DNA of 64,000 nucleotides from the NCBI GenBank assembly GCA_037142075.1, contig JBAXBJ010000013.1, positions 6,228 to 70,227 on the forward strand, in the 5' to 3' direction. The notes below the pieces were generated by a model. It saw only the letters and a list, made by a program, of their open reading frames with translations. It was not told the DNA's origin and made no database searches. Shown in pieces: positions 39,296 to 49,257 of this stretch. Numbering within the stretch: the first letter of the stretch is position 1; the number at the start of each line of letters is the position of its first letter. A program made the position numbers and the translations under genes. Source of the stretch: Bacteroidota bacterium. Lineage in GTDB: Bacteria > Bacteroidota > Bacteroidia > Bacteroidales > UBA4417.

Positions 39296-40762
39296 ATGCT
39301 CAACCAAAGCCTTCAACAGAAATTATTACAAAAGCTATCGCCTCAGCAGATCCTGCTTATGAAGCTTTTGCAAATCCCGTCGATGGCACTCGAACAACGC
39401 ATCAAGCAAGAGATTGAAGAAAATCCGGTTCTTGAAATTGATGAAGAATACGACGGAAAAGAAGATGATAATTCGGATGAGTATGATGATACTCCCCAGG
39501 AAAAGAATGAGGATTCTCAAAACGATGTAGACATTCATGATTACCTGGATGATGATGATGTGCCTTCGTATCGGTTGAATGCAGGAAATACCTCGGCAAG
39601 CGACGAGCACAGAGACATGCCCATGGTGGCTGATACCGGGTTTATAGAATTGCTGCTTTCGCAACTGGAAATTAAAAATCTTCCTGCACAGAAACTCACC
39701 ATTGGGAAAACCATCATCGGCAATCTCGACGAAGCTGGCTACCTCCAGCGTGATTTGACTGCAATGGTCGACGACCTGGCTTTTACACAGGGCGTATCTT
39801 CAAACCTGGAAGAAATAGAGCAGATGCTCAGGGTTGTACAGGGTTTTGAACCGGCGGGAGTAGGGGCCCGAACCTTGCAGGAATGCCTGATCCTTCAATT
39901 AAAAAGGTTGGATATTTCGCCTTCGGTAAAACTGGCTATCACCATACTCGACAGATGTTTCGAAGATTTTTCGAAGAAACACTATGATAAAATCATGAAA
40001 CGGACGCATTCCGATGAAGAAGAACTCAGGAATGCCATAAGCGAAATCTTAAAACTTAACCCGAAACCTGGGAGTGCCTTTAGCCCATCGACCGCAGGAA
40101 ATCAATATGTTATCCCCGATTTTATAATCGAAATCAAAGATGGAATTCTCGAATTGTCTCTCAATCAACGTAATATGCCCGAACTCAGGCTGAGCAGGAC
40201 TTATACCGAGATGCTGGAAACCTATGGAGAAAACAAAAACAGGAAAGAAAAAAATGACTCGCAACGCGATGCCGTTATTTTTATAAAACAGAAAATTGAT
40301 TCAGCGCGTTGGTTTATTGAGGCCATTAAGCAACGCCAGGATACGCTGTACCTGACTATGAAAGCCATTATGGATTACCAGCAGAAATATTTCCTCGAAG
40401 GGGATGAAACCAGGCTGCGACCCATGATCCTGAAGGATATTGCCGAAATAGTAAACCTCGATATTTCAACCATTTCGCGTGTTGCCAACAGCAAATATGT
40501 TCAAACGCCCTATGGAACTTTTCTTTTAAAAAGTTTTTTCTCCGAATCTTTACAAAATGACCAGGGGGAAGAAGTTTCGACACGGGAGATTAAAAAAATA
40601 CTTTCGGACTGTATTGCCGCTGAAGACAAGAGTAAGCCTCTGACTGACGAAGAACTCACCGCTATCCTAAAGCAGAAAGGCTACCCGATCGCCCGCCGTA
40701 CAGTAGCCAAATACCGCGAGTTGCTGAATATAGCCGTAGCCCGCCTTCGCAAAGTGATGTAA
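39296..40762 (+). CDS. rpoN: RNA polymerase sigma-54 factor
   Basis: 488 aa. Gln/Leu-rich region I (LQQKLLQKLSPQQILLMKLLQ), an acidic region II, and the C-terminal RpoN box ARRTVAKYRE. Confidence 0.95.
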   Translation: MLNQSLQQKLLQKLSPQQILLMKLLQIPSMALEQRIKQEIEENPVLEIDEEYDGKEDDNSDEYDDTPQEKNEDSQNDVDIHDYLDDDDVPSYRLNAGNTSASDEHRDMPMVADTGFIELLLSQLEIKNLPAQKLTIGKTIIGNLDEAGYLQRDLTAMVDDLAFTQGVSSNLEEIEQMLRVVQGFEPAGVGARTLQECLILQLKRLDISPSVKLAITILDRCFEDFSKKHYDKIMKRTHSDEEELRNAISEILKLNPKPGSAFSPSTAGNQYVIPDFIIEIKDGILELSLNQRNMPELRLSRTYTEMLETYGENKNRKEKNDSQRDAVIFIKQKIDSARWFIEAIKQRQDTLYLTMKAIMDYQQKYFLEGDETRLRPMILKDIAEIVNLDISTISRVANSKYVQTPYGTFLLKSFFSESLQNDQGEEVSTREIKKILSDCIAAEDKSKPLTDEELTAILKQKGYPIARRTVAKYRELLNIAVARLRKVM

Positions 40763-40787
40763 GATTCATTTCAACCCTAAGAACACT

Positions 40788-41408
40788 ATGCCGGCAAAAA
40801 AAATTGAGCTTTCACAATTCCTTTCGTATATACTTCATCCTATTTTAATACCATCTCTTGCCACTTCGGTTTTGCTGATGAGGCCGGACCTTTATACAAT
40901 ACTAATTCCGGATGCATTAAAAATATGGTACTTATCTGTGGTCATCATTTTTACTTTGCTGATACCGGTGGCTGGAGTATTGATTTTGCTGAAATTCAAT
41001 GCAATACAATCTATAGAATTAGAGCAACGAGGTGAACGCACATTCCCTTTGCTGATCGCATGCAGTTCGTTTGTGGCTTTGCTTTACTTGTTGACGGGCA
41101 CTAATATTCCAGCGGTTTTCCTGTATGTAATCTATTCTGCTGCTTTCGCTTTGTTAGCCGGGTTATTTATAAACTTGGCTTATAAAATCAGTCTTCATAC
41201 CTTAGGTTGGGGTGCCTTGGTAGCAACTTTAATAGGAATTGCGCTGCGGATTGGAGATCCCTTGCCTGGATTAATAATTGCGTCGGTGTTATTATCCGGA
41301 ATCGTGGGTTATGCCCGATTAAAGCAAAACACCCACAACGAAGCCCAGGTTTATGCCGGCTATGTTGTGGGTGCTGGAATTATTACTTTTATTTCTTACC
41401 TTCTGTAA
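40788..41408 (+). CDS. polytopic membrane protein (weak PAP2-like motifs)
   Basis: 206 aa with about six TMs. KISLHTLGWG and ARLKQNTHNEAQV loosely resemble PAP2 motifs 2 and 3. The function call is weak. Confidence 0.6.
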   Translation: MPAKKIELSQFLSYILHPILIPSLATSVLLMRPDLYTILIPDALKIWYLSVVIIFTLLIPVAGVLILLKFNAIQSIELEQRGERTFPLLIACSSFVALLYLLTGTNIPAVFLYVIYSAAFALLAGLFINLAYKISLHTLGWGALVATLIGIALRIGDPLPGLIIASVLLSGIVGYARLKQNTHNEAQVYAGYVVGAGIITFISYLL

Positions 41409-41450
41409 TCATTTCTACCCTGAATTGAATGGAATTGGTTTTTTGGGGCT

Positions 41451-41612
41451 AGAAGACCGAAGTCGGGAGACCGAAGAAGGTGCTAACCCAACTTATGAAT
41501 CATCAATAAAAATTAAATCGTAAAAAATTGATCGTCAAACACAATGTGCTACTTGTACTGGATAAACTATTCTTTAGTGTATACTTCCATCTCCCGTCTT
41601 CCGACTTCCGAC
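41451..41612. repeat. MITE-like element copy 2 (inverted relative to copy 1)
   Basis: Left arm at 41451-41480: AGAAGACCGAAGTCGGGAGACCGAAGAAGG. Right arm at 41584-41612: CTTCCATCTCCCGTCTTCCGACTTCCGAC. The core shares diverged stretches with copy 1 (CCAGTACAAGTAGCACATTGT versus CCAGTATAAGTGTCAGATTGT). Confidence 0.75.
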
Positions 41613-41653
41613 AATTTGAATTTACTCACTAAATTAAAAATAGAACTCTTTGA

Positions 41654-42382
41654 TTAGTAGGGTTTAAAAACCAATCCTATAGAAAGAGGATGAATCTGAG
41701 GGCCAAGGTCTTTGTCGAAAACCGAAGATAACTGGTAAAATACGGAAGCGCCAATCCATTTGTAGCCAATTACAGCAAATGGTCCATAATGAAAGTTGTC
41801 GATATTGCGCACCTTATACGACCTTTCATCTACCTCTGTTCCGCTTCCTGCCAGGTCGCTTCCTTTGTATTTGGTGTGTGCATCAATACTCCAGCCTACT
41901 TTAAAGCCGATAGTTCCGTGGACTTTGCTGCTCGCTTTATACTGGAAACCAAACGGAATGTCCAGGTAGGTAATTGAAAGCTTGCTCTTTTTAACATCTA
42001 TTGTTTTCCCGTTAAATTTTTTGGGAACATTGTATAAAAAAGACTCATTAACACCTACATTAGGAAAATCCTTTTCATAAATGTTATATTCACCCACACC
42101 CAGCAGTGACTGATGATAAAAGTTATGAGCCCCTATTCCGCCGCCGATAAAAAAAGTTACATGCCCTTTTTTATCCATTGGAAAGGTATAGTGAATAAAA
42201 GCATCCACTCCCTGGTGGATTGCCCTGGGGTTGATAGAATCAGGTACATTCATCCAGATATCAGTAAATACGCCAAAACCAAGACTTAACCGCTTGGTGA
42301 TGGATTCGGCTGAAGGTTTCTGTGCAAAGGAAGAGGTAGCCAGTGCCAAAAGGGTGATAATTAAAAACAGGTTGCGTTTCAT
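41654..42382 (-). CDS. outer-membrane beta-barrel (porin-family) protein
   Basis: 242 aa with a signal peptide (LALATSSFAQ), alternating beta-strand pattern and a C-terminal aromatic residue (..GLVFKPY). Confidence 0.75.
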   Translation of the reverse strand: MKRNLFLIITLLALATSSFAQKPSAESITKRLSLGFGVFTDIWMNVPDSINPRAIHQGVDAFIHYTFPMDKKGHVTFFIGGGIGAHNFYHQSLLGVGEYNIYEKDFPNVGVNESFLYNVPKKFNGKTIDVKKSKLSITYLDIPFGFQYKASSKVHGTIGFKVGWSIDAHTKYKGSDLAGSGTEVDERSYKVRNIDNFHYGPFAVIGYKWIGASVFYQLSSVFDKDLGPQIHPLSIGLVFKPY

Positions 42383-42751
42383 TTGCTGTTATTTGTTATT
42401 AGGAGCTGCGTGGTAATGGATTCATTTAGTACTTGCCGATTTTATGATGTATTCATGAGCCTGGGAATTTCCGGATCAATCTGTGAATATTCAACATCAG
42501 CTGATTTTACTGCTATCCCTATTGTTCAGATTATTTTTTCAGGAAGCAAAGATAAAGTAAAAACCGGATAAGAGGCAGCAAAGGATTAAAATGTGAATGT
42601 TAAGAAATGCTAATTGCCTTTGCCGGACAATATACCTGCTTGTTGTTTTATATTTGATCATTTGTCAACCGGTGATGGCACAAAAACAGGAATATCCGTG
42701 TTTAGAAATATGCACTTTTGATATCAGGTCGATATTGTTGCGGCCAGGCTC

Positions 42752-45100
42752 TCAGTATTTATCCTGATCGTCAGTTCCTGTGCTCTCGCCGGGGTTGTTT
42801 GCATCGAAGGAAGTACAGTTAAAATAGTCTTCCTTCAGACCTTCGGGTCTTTCGAAATCACCACGGTTCAACTGCAATAAATTATCGTTATAAATCCGTT
42901 TCATATACAACGCCCAGATCGGCAAAGCCATATTGGCACCTTGCCCCAGCGATGTGCTGCGGAATCGTATGGTGCGGTCGTCGCCACCCACCCAAACACC
43001 GGTAACCAGGTCGGGAGTTAACCCCATAAACCAACCGTCCGAATTGCTTTGCGTGGTCCCTGTTTTACCTGCAATAGGATTGGTCAGGCCATATTTGCCC
43101 CTGAGGCGCGAACCCGTACCGCTTTCGACCACGCCTTTCATCAATCCTATCATCATGTAGGCAGTTTCTTCGTTCATGGCTTCATCCTGGTGAGGCACAA
43201 ACGATTGGATCACATTCCCGTTTTTGTCTTCGATACGGGTTATGAAAAGTGGCTGTATGAAAATTCCCTTGTTTGCAAAAGTACTCATCGCCCCGGTCAT
43301 TTCGTAAAGCGATATGTCGGGAGTGCCGAGGCATATGGACGGAACTGCCGGCAGATAGCTGAAAATACCCATTTTCCGGGCCACTTTAATCACCGCCTCC
43401 GGTGAAAACCGTTTGATCAGGTATGCCGATATCCAGTTGATTGAATTTGCAAGTGCTTCTTTGAGCGTGACCATTTGCCCTTCTTTATAGTCGCTCGAAT
43501 TGGACGGCGACCAAGGCACACCATTTGCCATGATGGTATACTGCACGTTCGGCACCTGCGAACAAGGGTACATTTGCCCGTCCTGCATGGCAACTGTGTA
43601 AACGAAAGGTTTAAACGTGGATCCAACCTGGCGGCGGGCCACAACAACATGGTCGTATTTGAAAAACCGGAAGTTTATGCCACCTACATACGCCCGTACG
43701 TAGCCTGTTTGCGGTTCCATCGACATCAGCCCGGCGTGTAAAAACCATTTGTGGTATTTTATTGAATCCATCGGGCTCATAACAGTATCAATATCACCTT
43801 TCCACGAAAAAACACGCATCGGAATAGGTGTCGAAAAGGCCAGTTCGATGGAGTCGTTCGAGATGCCGGCTTTTTTCATGCTCCTGTATCTGTCCGATCT
43901 CTTTTTGGAGGCGACCAGCATTTTATTGATTTCTTTCTTATCCGAAAGGTCGTACGGAGCATGAGAATTTCCTTTCCAGTGCTTATAAAAGGCCGGCTGT
44001 AAATCGTTGGCCATGTGCTCGGTAACGGCTTCTTCGGCATATTTCTGCATATGCGAATTGATGGTAGTATATATCTTCAGGCCATCCTTGTACAGATTGT
44101 AGTAAGTACCATCCGCCTTTTTATTTTTGGCTACCCAGCCAAAAGCCGGATCGCGGAGCCAGCGCACGGAATCGGCCATAAAATCGTCAGGACTGTCATA
44201 ATTTTCCTTTTCTGGCTTATCGGCCATCATAGATTCGCGCAGATATTCCCTGAAATAAGTACCCGGACCGCTATTATGATCCTGAAGTGTATAGAGCGAC
44301 ATGTCGAGCGGCAGAACACGTACCGAGTCGTATTGTCTATCTGTAATATACCCGTTTTCAACCATTTGGCTTAATACCACTTCTCGGCGTTTTTTCGAGC
44401 GCTCCGTATTGCGCACCGGGCTGTAATACGAAGGTGCTCTCAACAAACCAATCAGCACGGCTGATTCCTGGAGGTTAAGTTCGGCAGGAGATTTGTCGAA
44501 ATATGTTTTGGATGCTGATTTTACACCGTAAGCCAGGCTGCCGAAATCGACTGTATTGAGATACAAGGCAAGAATTTCTTCCTTGGTATAGTTGCGTTCG
44601 AGTTTTATGGCCGTGATCCATTCCTTGAGTTTTGCAAAGCCTGTACCAAAAAGGGTATGGTGTTCCTCGCGAGGGAAGAGGTTTTTAGCCAATTGCTGGG
44701 TGATGGTGCTTCCCCCTCCTTTATTTGTGCCGGTTACCATTCCTATTAAAACTCTTACAAGTGCCCTGCCATCGATGCCCGAATGTTGTTCGAAACGAAA
44801 ATCTTCGGTTGCGATAAGGGCTTTTATCAGCCAGGGCGACAACTCGGAATAATGAACATTCGAACGGTTCTCCAGGTAAAAAGAGCCCAGCACTTTCTGA
44901 TCGGCCGAAATAACTTCAGAAGCAAGTTTGCTTTTAGGATTTTCGAGTTCTTCGAACGAAGGCATAAATCCTAACCATCCAACGGTAAGGGCTGCAAAAA
45001 ACAAAGCAATAAACAACAGTGCGATGAAATACCATTTCCAGTACCACTTAACCCATTGGGCTTCATTCAGGTTTTTTTTCATCTGTTTGATAAATTTCAA
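42752..45100 (-). CDS. mrcA: penicillin-binding protein 1A (GT51 transglycosylase + transpeptidase)
   Basis: 782 aa. GT51 motifs: ATEDFRFEQHSGID, GGSTITQQLAKN. Transpeptidase motifs: SxxK (GSTFKP), SxN region, and KTGTT. Confidence 0.92.
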   Translation of the reverse strand: MKFIKQMKKNLNEAQWVKWYWKWYFIALLFIALFFAALTVGWLGFMPSFEELENPKSKLASEVISADQKVLGSFYLENRSNVHYSELSPWLIKALIATEDFRFEQHSGIDGRALVRVLIGMVTGTNKGGGSTITQQLAKNLFPREEHHTLFGTGFAKLKEWITAIKLERNYTKEEILALYLNTVDFGSLAYGVKSASKTYFDKSPAELNLQESAVLIGLLRAPSYYSPVRNTERSKKRREVVLSQMVENGYITDRQYDSVRVLPLDMSLYTLQDHNSGPGTYFREYLRESMMADKPEKENYDSPDDFMADSVRWLRDPAFGWVAKNKKADGTYYNLYKDGLKIYTTINSHMQKYAEEAVTEHMANDLQPAFYKHWKGNSHAPYDLSDKKEINKMLVASKKRSDRYRSMKKAGISNDSIELAFSTPIPMRVFSWKGDIDTVMSPMDSIKYHKWFLHAGLMSMEPQTGYVRAYVGGINFRFFKYDHVVVARRQVGSTFKPFVYTVAMQDGQMYPCSQVPNVQYTIMANGVPWSPSNSSDYKEGQMVTLKEALANSINWISAYLIKRFSPEAVIKVARKMGIFSYLPAVPSICLGTPDISLYEMTGAMSTFANKGIFIQPLFITRIEDKNGNVIQSFVPHQDEAMNEETAYMMIGLMKGVVESGTGSRLRGKYGLTNPIAGKTGTTQSNSDGWFMGLTPDLVTGVWVGGDDRTIRFRSTSLGQGANMALPIWALYMKRIYNDNLLQLNRGDFERPEGLKEDYFNCTSFDANNPGESTGTDDQDKY

Positions 45101-45115
45101 TGCATTGTTTAATCC

Positions 45116-45616
45116 TTAATCCCCTTGTTTTTTAATCAAAATGCCCACATCCGAAATACCTTTCAGGGTTTCTTTACGCATAGCCTGGTTTACGGCAATG
45201 ATGTAATTTCCCGCTTTACGGAATCGCACGCCTTTGCGGAACAGAAACCGGTTATCCTTATGTTTGCCCATGCCTTTTCCATACCATTTGCCATCGGGAG
45301 CTGCCAGTATGCACTCGGCCGTATCGCACGAAAAAGTATTATCCGGATAATACGCTGTGATAAACAAATAGAGGTTTTGCATGTCGTAATCCGTGGTGTT
45401 GCGCACCTCGAAATAAAAATCATACGACGTCAATGTATCTTTGGAGTTAAAAGTATAAAACAAAGTGTCGCCGGCTTTCCATTCATCATTTTTCAAATGC
45501 GCCGACTCATTATGGAATACCCCGTTTTCACAGGATGTTGCAATGAATGATACAACGATAAGAAAAGCAAAAAACCGTAAAACCGAAAATCCGGTTATGA
45601 TATGTTTGAAACCCAT
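45116..45616 (-). CDS. gldH: gliding motility lipoprotein GldH
   Basis: From the ATG at 45616: MGFKHII..FIATSC lipobox. Then W..GDTLFYTF, YDFYFEVRNTTDYDMQNLYLFI, DGKWYGKGMG and AGNYIIAVNQAMR..LKGISDVGILI match the GldH pattern. The longer track ORF would overlap the upstream gene. Confidence 0.8.
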   Translation of the reverse strand: MGFKHIITGFSVLRFFAFLIVVSFIATSCENGVFHNESAHLKNDEWKAGDTLFYTFNSKDTLTSYDFYFEVRNTTDYDMQNLYLFITAYYPDNTFSCDTAECILAAPDGKWYGKGMGKHKDNRFLFRKGVRFRKAGNYIIAVNQAMRKETLKGISDVGILIKKQGD

Positions 45617-45623
45617 GGGAATT

Positions 45624-46796
45624 CTATCTGTTATCCGGTTTGTGAGGGGATTGTTTCTTTTTATCAAAGCGGAACAGGTCATCGCTGGCCACCACCAGGC
45701 CGATTGCCGGTTTTTTGTCCTGCTTGATAGTGAAATCTTCAATTTTTTCCGGAATCTTTCCTGATTTATTCAATGCAATAACTTCTTTTACCCGTTCGAC
45801 AGTGAGAGAGAACATTTCGTGCTCTTTTCCTTTATAGCCGAACCACATGGTTCCACCAAAAACATCAATTTTTTGTAAAAGCACATCCCCCTTTTTGGTT
45901 TTGAGTACCGAATTCTCGTCGGGAAAATCCTTCAGTGCATCGTTATACGCTTCCACTTCGTAGTTGAGGCAACATTTAAGTTTCGAGCACTGCCCGGCGA
46001 GTTTCTGCGGGTTAGGCGAAAGTTGCTGAACCCTGGCAGATGCAGTGGATACCGAATGAAAACCACTGATCCAGGTCGAGCAACATAATTCGCGGCCACA
46101 GGAGCCAAGTCCGCCTAATCTGCTGGCTTCCTGTCGCATTCCTATCTGTCGCATTTCGATCCTGATCTTTAATTCATCGGCAAGTATTTTAATAAGGTCC
46201 CTGAAGTCAACCCTGTCTTCGGCCGTGTAATAGAAAATAGCTTTGGTCCCATCTCCCTGGTACTCAATGTCATTTACTTTCATCTTAAGGCCAAGCTTTA
46301 AGGCCGCTACCCTGGTTTTATATAGGGCGTCGTGCTCGTGTGCAATCGCAGTAATCCATTTATCCACATCAGCCTGTTTGGCTTTACGGTATAATTTCCG
46401 GATATCTTCTTTTGTCGGATTTGCATTTTTACGTATCATCTGCAACCTGGCAGCTTCACCGGTAAGTGTAACTATACCTATATCGTGACCGGGTGATGCT
46501 TCAACTGCAACAATATCCCCATTATGAATCGAAAGTCCGGATGGTATGCGGAAAAAATCTTTATGATTGTTTTTAAACCTGACCTCGGCACAATCGAATT
46601 TGCCGGTACTGCCGGGTAAGGGTAACTGACTTAACCAATCGTAAGTAGCTAATTTGGCGCATTTCTGTTCGGCACCCGCGCGGCCAATGAGTGGATTACT
46701 GTTTGAACAGCAACCCCTGGTCCCGAAAAGCTCCTTGTTTGGTATATTAATTTGTATATTTTCTTCCATGTTGATTAAAAATGTTTTCTCCACCAT
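45624..46796 (-). CDS. PSP1 domain protein (RicT/YaaT-like)
   Basis: 390 aa. The segment GGLGSCGRELCCSTW...QCSKLKCCLNYE is the PSP1 C-terminal Cys-rich signature. The start could be an internal Met. Confidence 0.85.
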   Translation of the reverse strand: MVEKTFLINMEENIQINIPNKELFGTRGCCSNSNPLIGRAGAEQKCAKLATYDWLSQLPLPGSTGKFDCAEVRFKNNHKDFFRIPSGLSIHNGDIVAVEASPGHDIGIVTLTGEAARLQMIRKNANPTKEDIRKLYRKAKQADVDKWITAIAHEHDALYKTRVAALKLGLKMKVNDIEYQGDGTKAIFYYTAEDRVDFRDLIKILADELKIRIEMRQIGMRQEASRLGGLGSCGRELCCSTWISGFHSVSTASARVQQLSPNPQKLAGQCSKLKCCLNYEVEAYNDALKDFPDENSVLKTKKGDVLLQKIDVFGGTMWFGYKGKEHEMFSLTVERVKEVIALNKSGKIPEKIEDFTIKQDKKPAIGLVVASDDLFRFDKKKQSPHKPDNR

Positions 46797-46895
46797 CTTA
46801 AGCGAAAGAGTAACGGAGCGACTGATGTATTAGTATAAACCCGCAGGAAGGTAAAGCTAAAAAAGAATTCACCGTTGCAGTATGAAGTGACAAAT

Positions 46896-48095
46896 TTACA
46901 CTTTTTTGAGTTGAATTGCTGCCGGAATTTTCAATATCCTGGCAATGAGGTGCGAGAGGTCGGTTAAAACGATCTGTGCATTGGCATTGCGCTCGATGTG
47001 AAAGATGGCCCGGTTAAACTCTTCGTCGAATTTTTCGATGTTTTGCGGATGGATATAGGCAGAAAATTTTTTCACAAAATCGAGTTCCTCGCCATCCAGT
47101 TTTACCAGGTGGTGGTTGCCAACATGGTATTGCAGGCAGATGCGGAACATTTCGAGGCTGTATGCCAGCAGTTCCTTCTGTTTTTCGCGGCTTCCGTCGC
47201 CAATAAGCAGGGGAATCGTTTCCTGCAGTTTATCGTATTCCTTCAGATCCCTGGCAATGGTAAAACAGCGCCGCATCCATTCTCGAAAAGTAACAAAGCG
47301 ATCGAGTTCGGCATTGAGCGATACAGATCCCGAGCCGGTTTTCCCAGCAAGCATCAATGCAACGGTGTAATTGCCATCAGCAAGACGGGCTATTTTCAGT
47401 GCATCAGTTTGGTTTACCTGGTGCTGGATTTCTAAAGCCTGTTGTATTTCCGAATCCAATAAACGGGGAAACTTAATCAGTTGAGCCCGCGACTGAATGG
47501 TAGCAATTATTTGTTCCAGGTTCTCGGAAATCAGGATAAAGAGCGTCTTATCGGGTGGTTCTTCCAGGTTTTTGAGCAGCTTGTTGGCAGCGGTGGGGTT
47601 CATTTTTTCCACCATCCAGATAATCATCACTTTATACTCAGCCTCGTAAGCCTTGTAAGCGAGGGTGCGGTTTATACCATCGGCATCTTCGGCATTAATG
47701 AATCCCTGTTTTTTTTCGATCCCAATCTTTTCGTACCAATCGGGCAACGAAATATAATAATTATTCTGAAGCACAAATTCGCGCCAGGGGGCGATAAACT
47801 CTTTACTCAGTACTTTTCCGCTGGCAACATCTTTTGTGCTGTTGATCGGATACAGGAAATGGAGGTCAGGGTGAATAAGTTTGCTGTATTTTCTGCACGA
47901 AGGGCATTCGCCGCAGGAATCTTCGGAAGTGCGCTTACGGCAGTTGATATATTGTGCGTAGGCCAAAGCAAGTGCCAGTTTGCCCGAACCTTCAGGGCCA
48001 AGAAAAAGCTGTGCATGGCTCACACGGTTATCGGATACAGTGCGTTTAAGTCGCTGTTTGAGAGGCTCCTGCCCAACGATATCACTAAATTTCAT
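46896..48095 (-). CDS. holB: DNA polymerase III subunit delta'
   Basis: 399 aa. AAA+ clamp-loader N-domain: RVSHAQLFLGPEGSGKLALALAYAQYINC. Zinc module CGECPSCRK. Sensor-1 region LLKNLEEPP. Confidence 0.9.
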   Translation of the reverse strand: MKFSDIVGQEPLKQRLKRTVSDNRVSHAQLFLGPEGSGKLALALAYAQYINCRKRTSEDSCGECPSCRKYSKLIHPDLHFLYPINSTKDVASGKVLSKEFIAPWREFVLQNNYYISLPDWYEKIGIEKKQGFINAEDADGINRTLAYKAYEAEYKVMIIWMVEKMNPTAANKLLKNLEEPPDKTLFILISENLEQIIATIQSRAQLIKFPRLLDSEIQQALEIQHQVNQTDALKIARLADGNYTVALMLAGKTGSGSVSLNAELDRFVTFREWMRRCFTIARDLKEYDKLQETIPLLIGDGSREKQKELLAYSLEMFRICLQYHVGNHHLVKLDGEELDFVKKFSAYIHPQNIEKFDEEFNRAIFHIERNANAQIVLTDLSHLIARILKIPAAIQLKKV

Positions 48096-48147
48096 AGGTT
48101 GATGTGTGGTGAAAATGTACAGGCAAAGATAAGGGTTTTGGGCAAGT

Positions 48148-48252
48148 GATAATGGATAATGGACAATGGATAATGGACAATTGAAAATGGTTAATCGTTA
48201 ATTGAAAATGGTTAATCGTTAATTGAAAATGGTTAATTATAAATCGAAATCC
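48148..48252 (+). repeat. 15 phased heptads G-N-N-A-A-T-N (GATAATG GACAATG ... GAAAATG GTTAATC GTTAATT x3)
   Basis: Read directly from the sequence. It includes three copies of the 21-mer GAAAATGGTTAATCGTTAATT. It lies between holB and the PIN gene, at the left island junction. Confidence 0.9.
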
Positions 48253-48352
48253 CGAATTAGCAGTGCCATGCGAAAGGATGCGCGCAGTAGCAAGGTAGGT
48301 TAGCGAATGGAATAGGTAAATCAACTTTTATCCGAAACATGAATAATCGGAT

Positions 48353-48898
48353 TCAGGCTACAAATGATATTATCTCTAAATTGTGATTCGTATACTTTAT
48401 AAAATCCTGGTCATCAGTCACTATTTTCCATTTATTGATAGTTGCTAATTCAATATAGTAACCGTCATTGAAATCAACGTCTCCAAAATGATTTAGAATA
48501 TTATCTATTGTTATTGAATTGAAATTATCAGTTTGTTTTTCGCAAAGGGCTATTATTTTTCGCAACGAATCTTTAACCTCAGCCACTGTATCCAGATATC
48601 GTTTAGTGCCCACATAATCATCTTTAAATTTCGCATCAGGAAAGCCGCTTGACTTAAGCCATAAAGCAAAATCCATCCGTAAATAGCGGTTAGCAAATTC
48701 CGACAGAATTAAACTTGAAGTAAAAATAGTGCTCTTTGCAGTATCAACACTTTTTAATAAAGCTGAGTAGTGTTTCTGTCTTGACTTATTATACTCTCCT
48801 AATGGACAGAATAAGTACATCCAGATATTATTATCAAAAAAGAAAATATCTAATCCCTTTGCTGTATAGGTTTTTACATCAATAACTCTAGCTGCCAT
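48353..48898 (-). CDS. PIN-domain nuclease
   Basis: 181 aa. The four acidic PIN positions are D22 (IFFFDNN), E67 (SLILSEF), D145 (DFNDGYYIELA) and D163 (IVTDDQDF). Its start overlaps the upstream stop (ATGGCAGCTAG). Confidence 0.75.
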   Translation of the reverse strand: MAARVIDVKTYTAKGLDIFFFDNNIWMYLFCPLGEYNKSRQKHYSALLKSVDTAKSTIFTSSLILSEFANRYLRMDFALWLKSSGFPDAKFKDDYVGTKRYLDTVAEVKDSLRKIIALCEKQTDNFNSITIDNILNHFGDVDFNDGYYIELATINKWKIVTDDQDFIKYTNHNLEIISFVA

Positions 48899-49244
48899 AT
48901 ATTATTTCATTTGCAGTATCCTCAAAATCGGTATGATGGCTAAAAAAATCTTTTGCTCTTTCAATAACTTTAATAAATAGTCTGGTATCCTCAGGTTTGA
49001 TATTTTTAAGTTCTAACTTCTGATTCAAGTCATCACTGGAATATTTACTATACAATTGACCGATAGCTGCATTAAGGAATGCTGTAATTATAAGATCAAT
49101 GTTTTGGAAATCTAGTTGAACAGATAGCCCTTGTGATATCGCTGCATCTATTTTGCGGAAAATATTCGTCCCATCTTCAACGCTGATGGCTGAATTTCCT
49201 CCGACTTCTTCAAAAATTGTGATAATGAATTTATCGTTGCCCAT
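48888..49244 (-). CDS. STAS-like DUF4325 protein (SpoIIAA/RsbV-fold)
   Basis: About 118 aa from MGNDKFIITIFEE; the track ORF starts at 49277 and would overlap the upstream gene. The core SVQLDFQNIDLIITAFLNAAIGQLY matches the DUF4325 pattern. Confidence 0.7.
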   Translation of the reverse strand: MGNDKFIITIFEEVGGNSAISVEDGTNIFRKIDAAISQGLSVQLDFQNIDLIITAFLNAAIGQLYSKYSSDDLNQKLELKNIKPEDTRLFIKVIERAKDFFSHHTDFEDTANEIIYGS

Positions 49245-49257
49245 GCTGCAAAAGTAA

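Noticed and set aside
48085-48324. 79-aa minus-strand ORF, and the 54255-54575 / 54274-54507 plus-strand ORFs (HNSLLISHNSLLIS...)
   Set aside because: They are read-throughs of the heptad arrays flanking the island. Their composition is purely repeat-derived.
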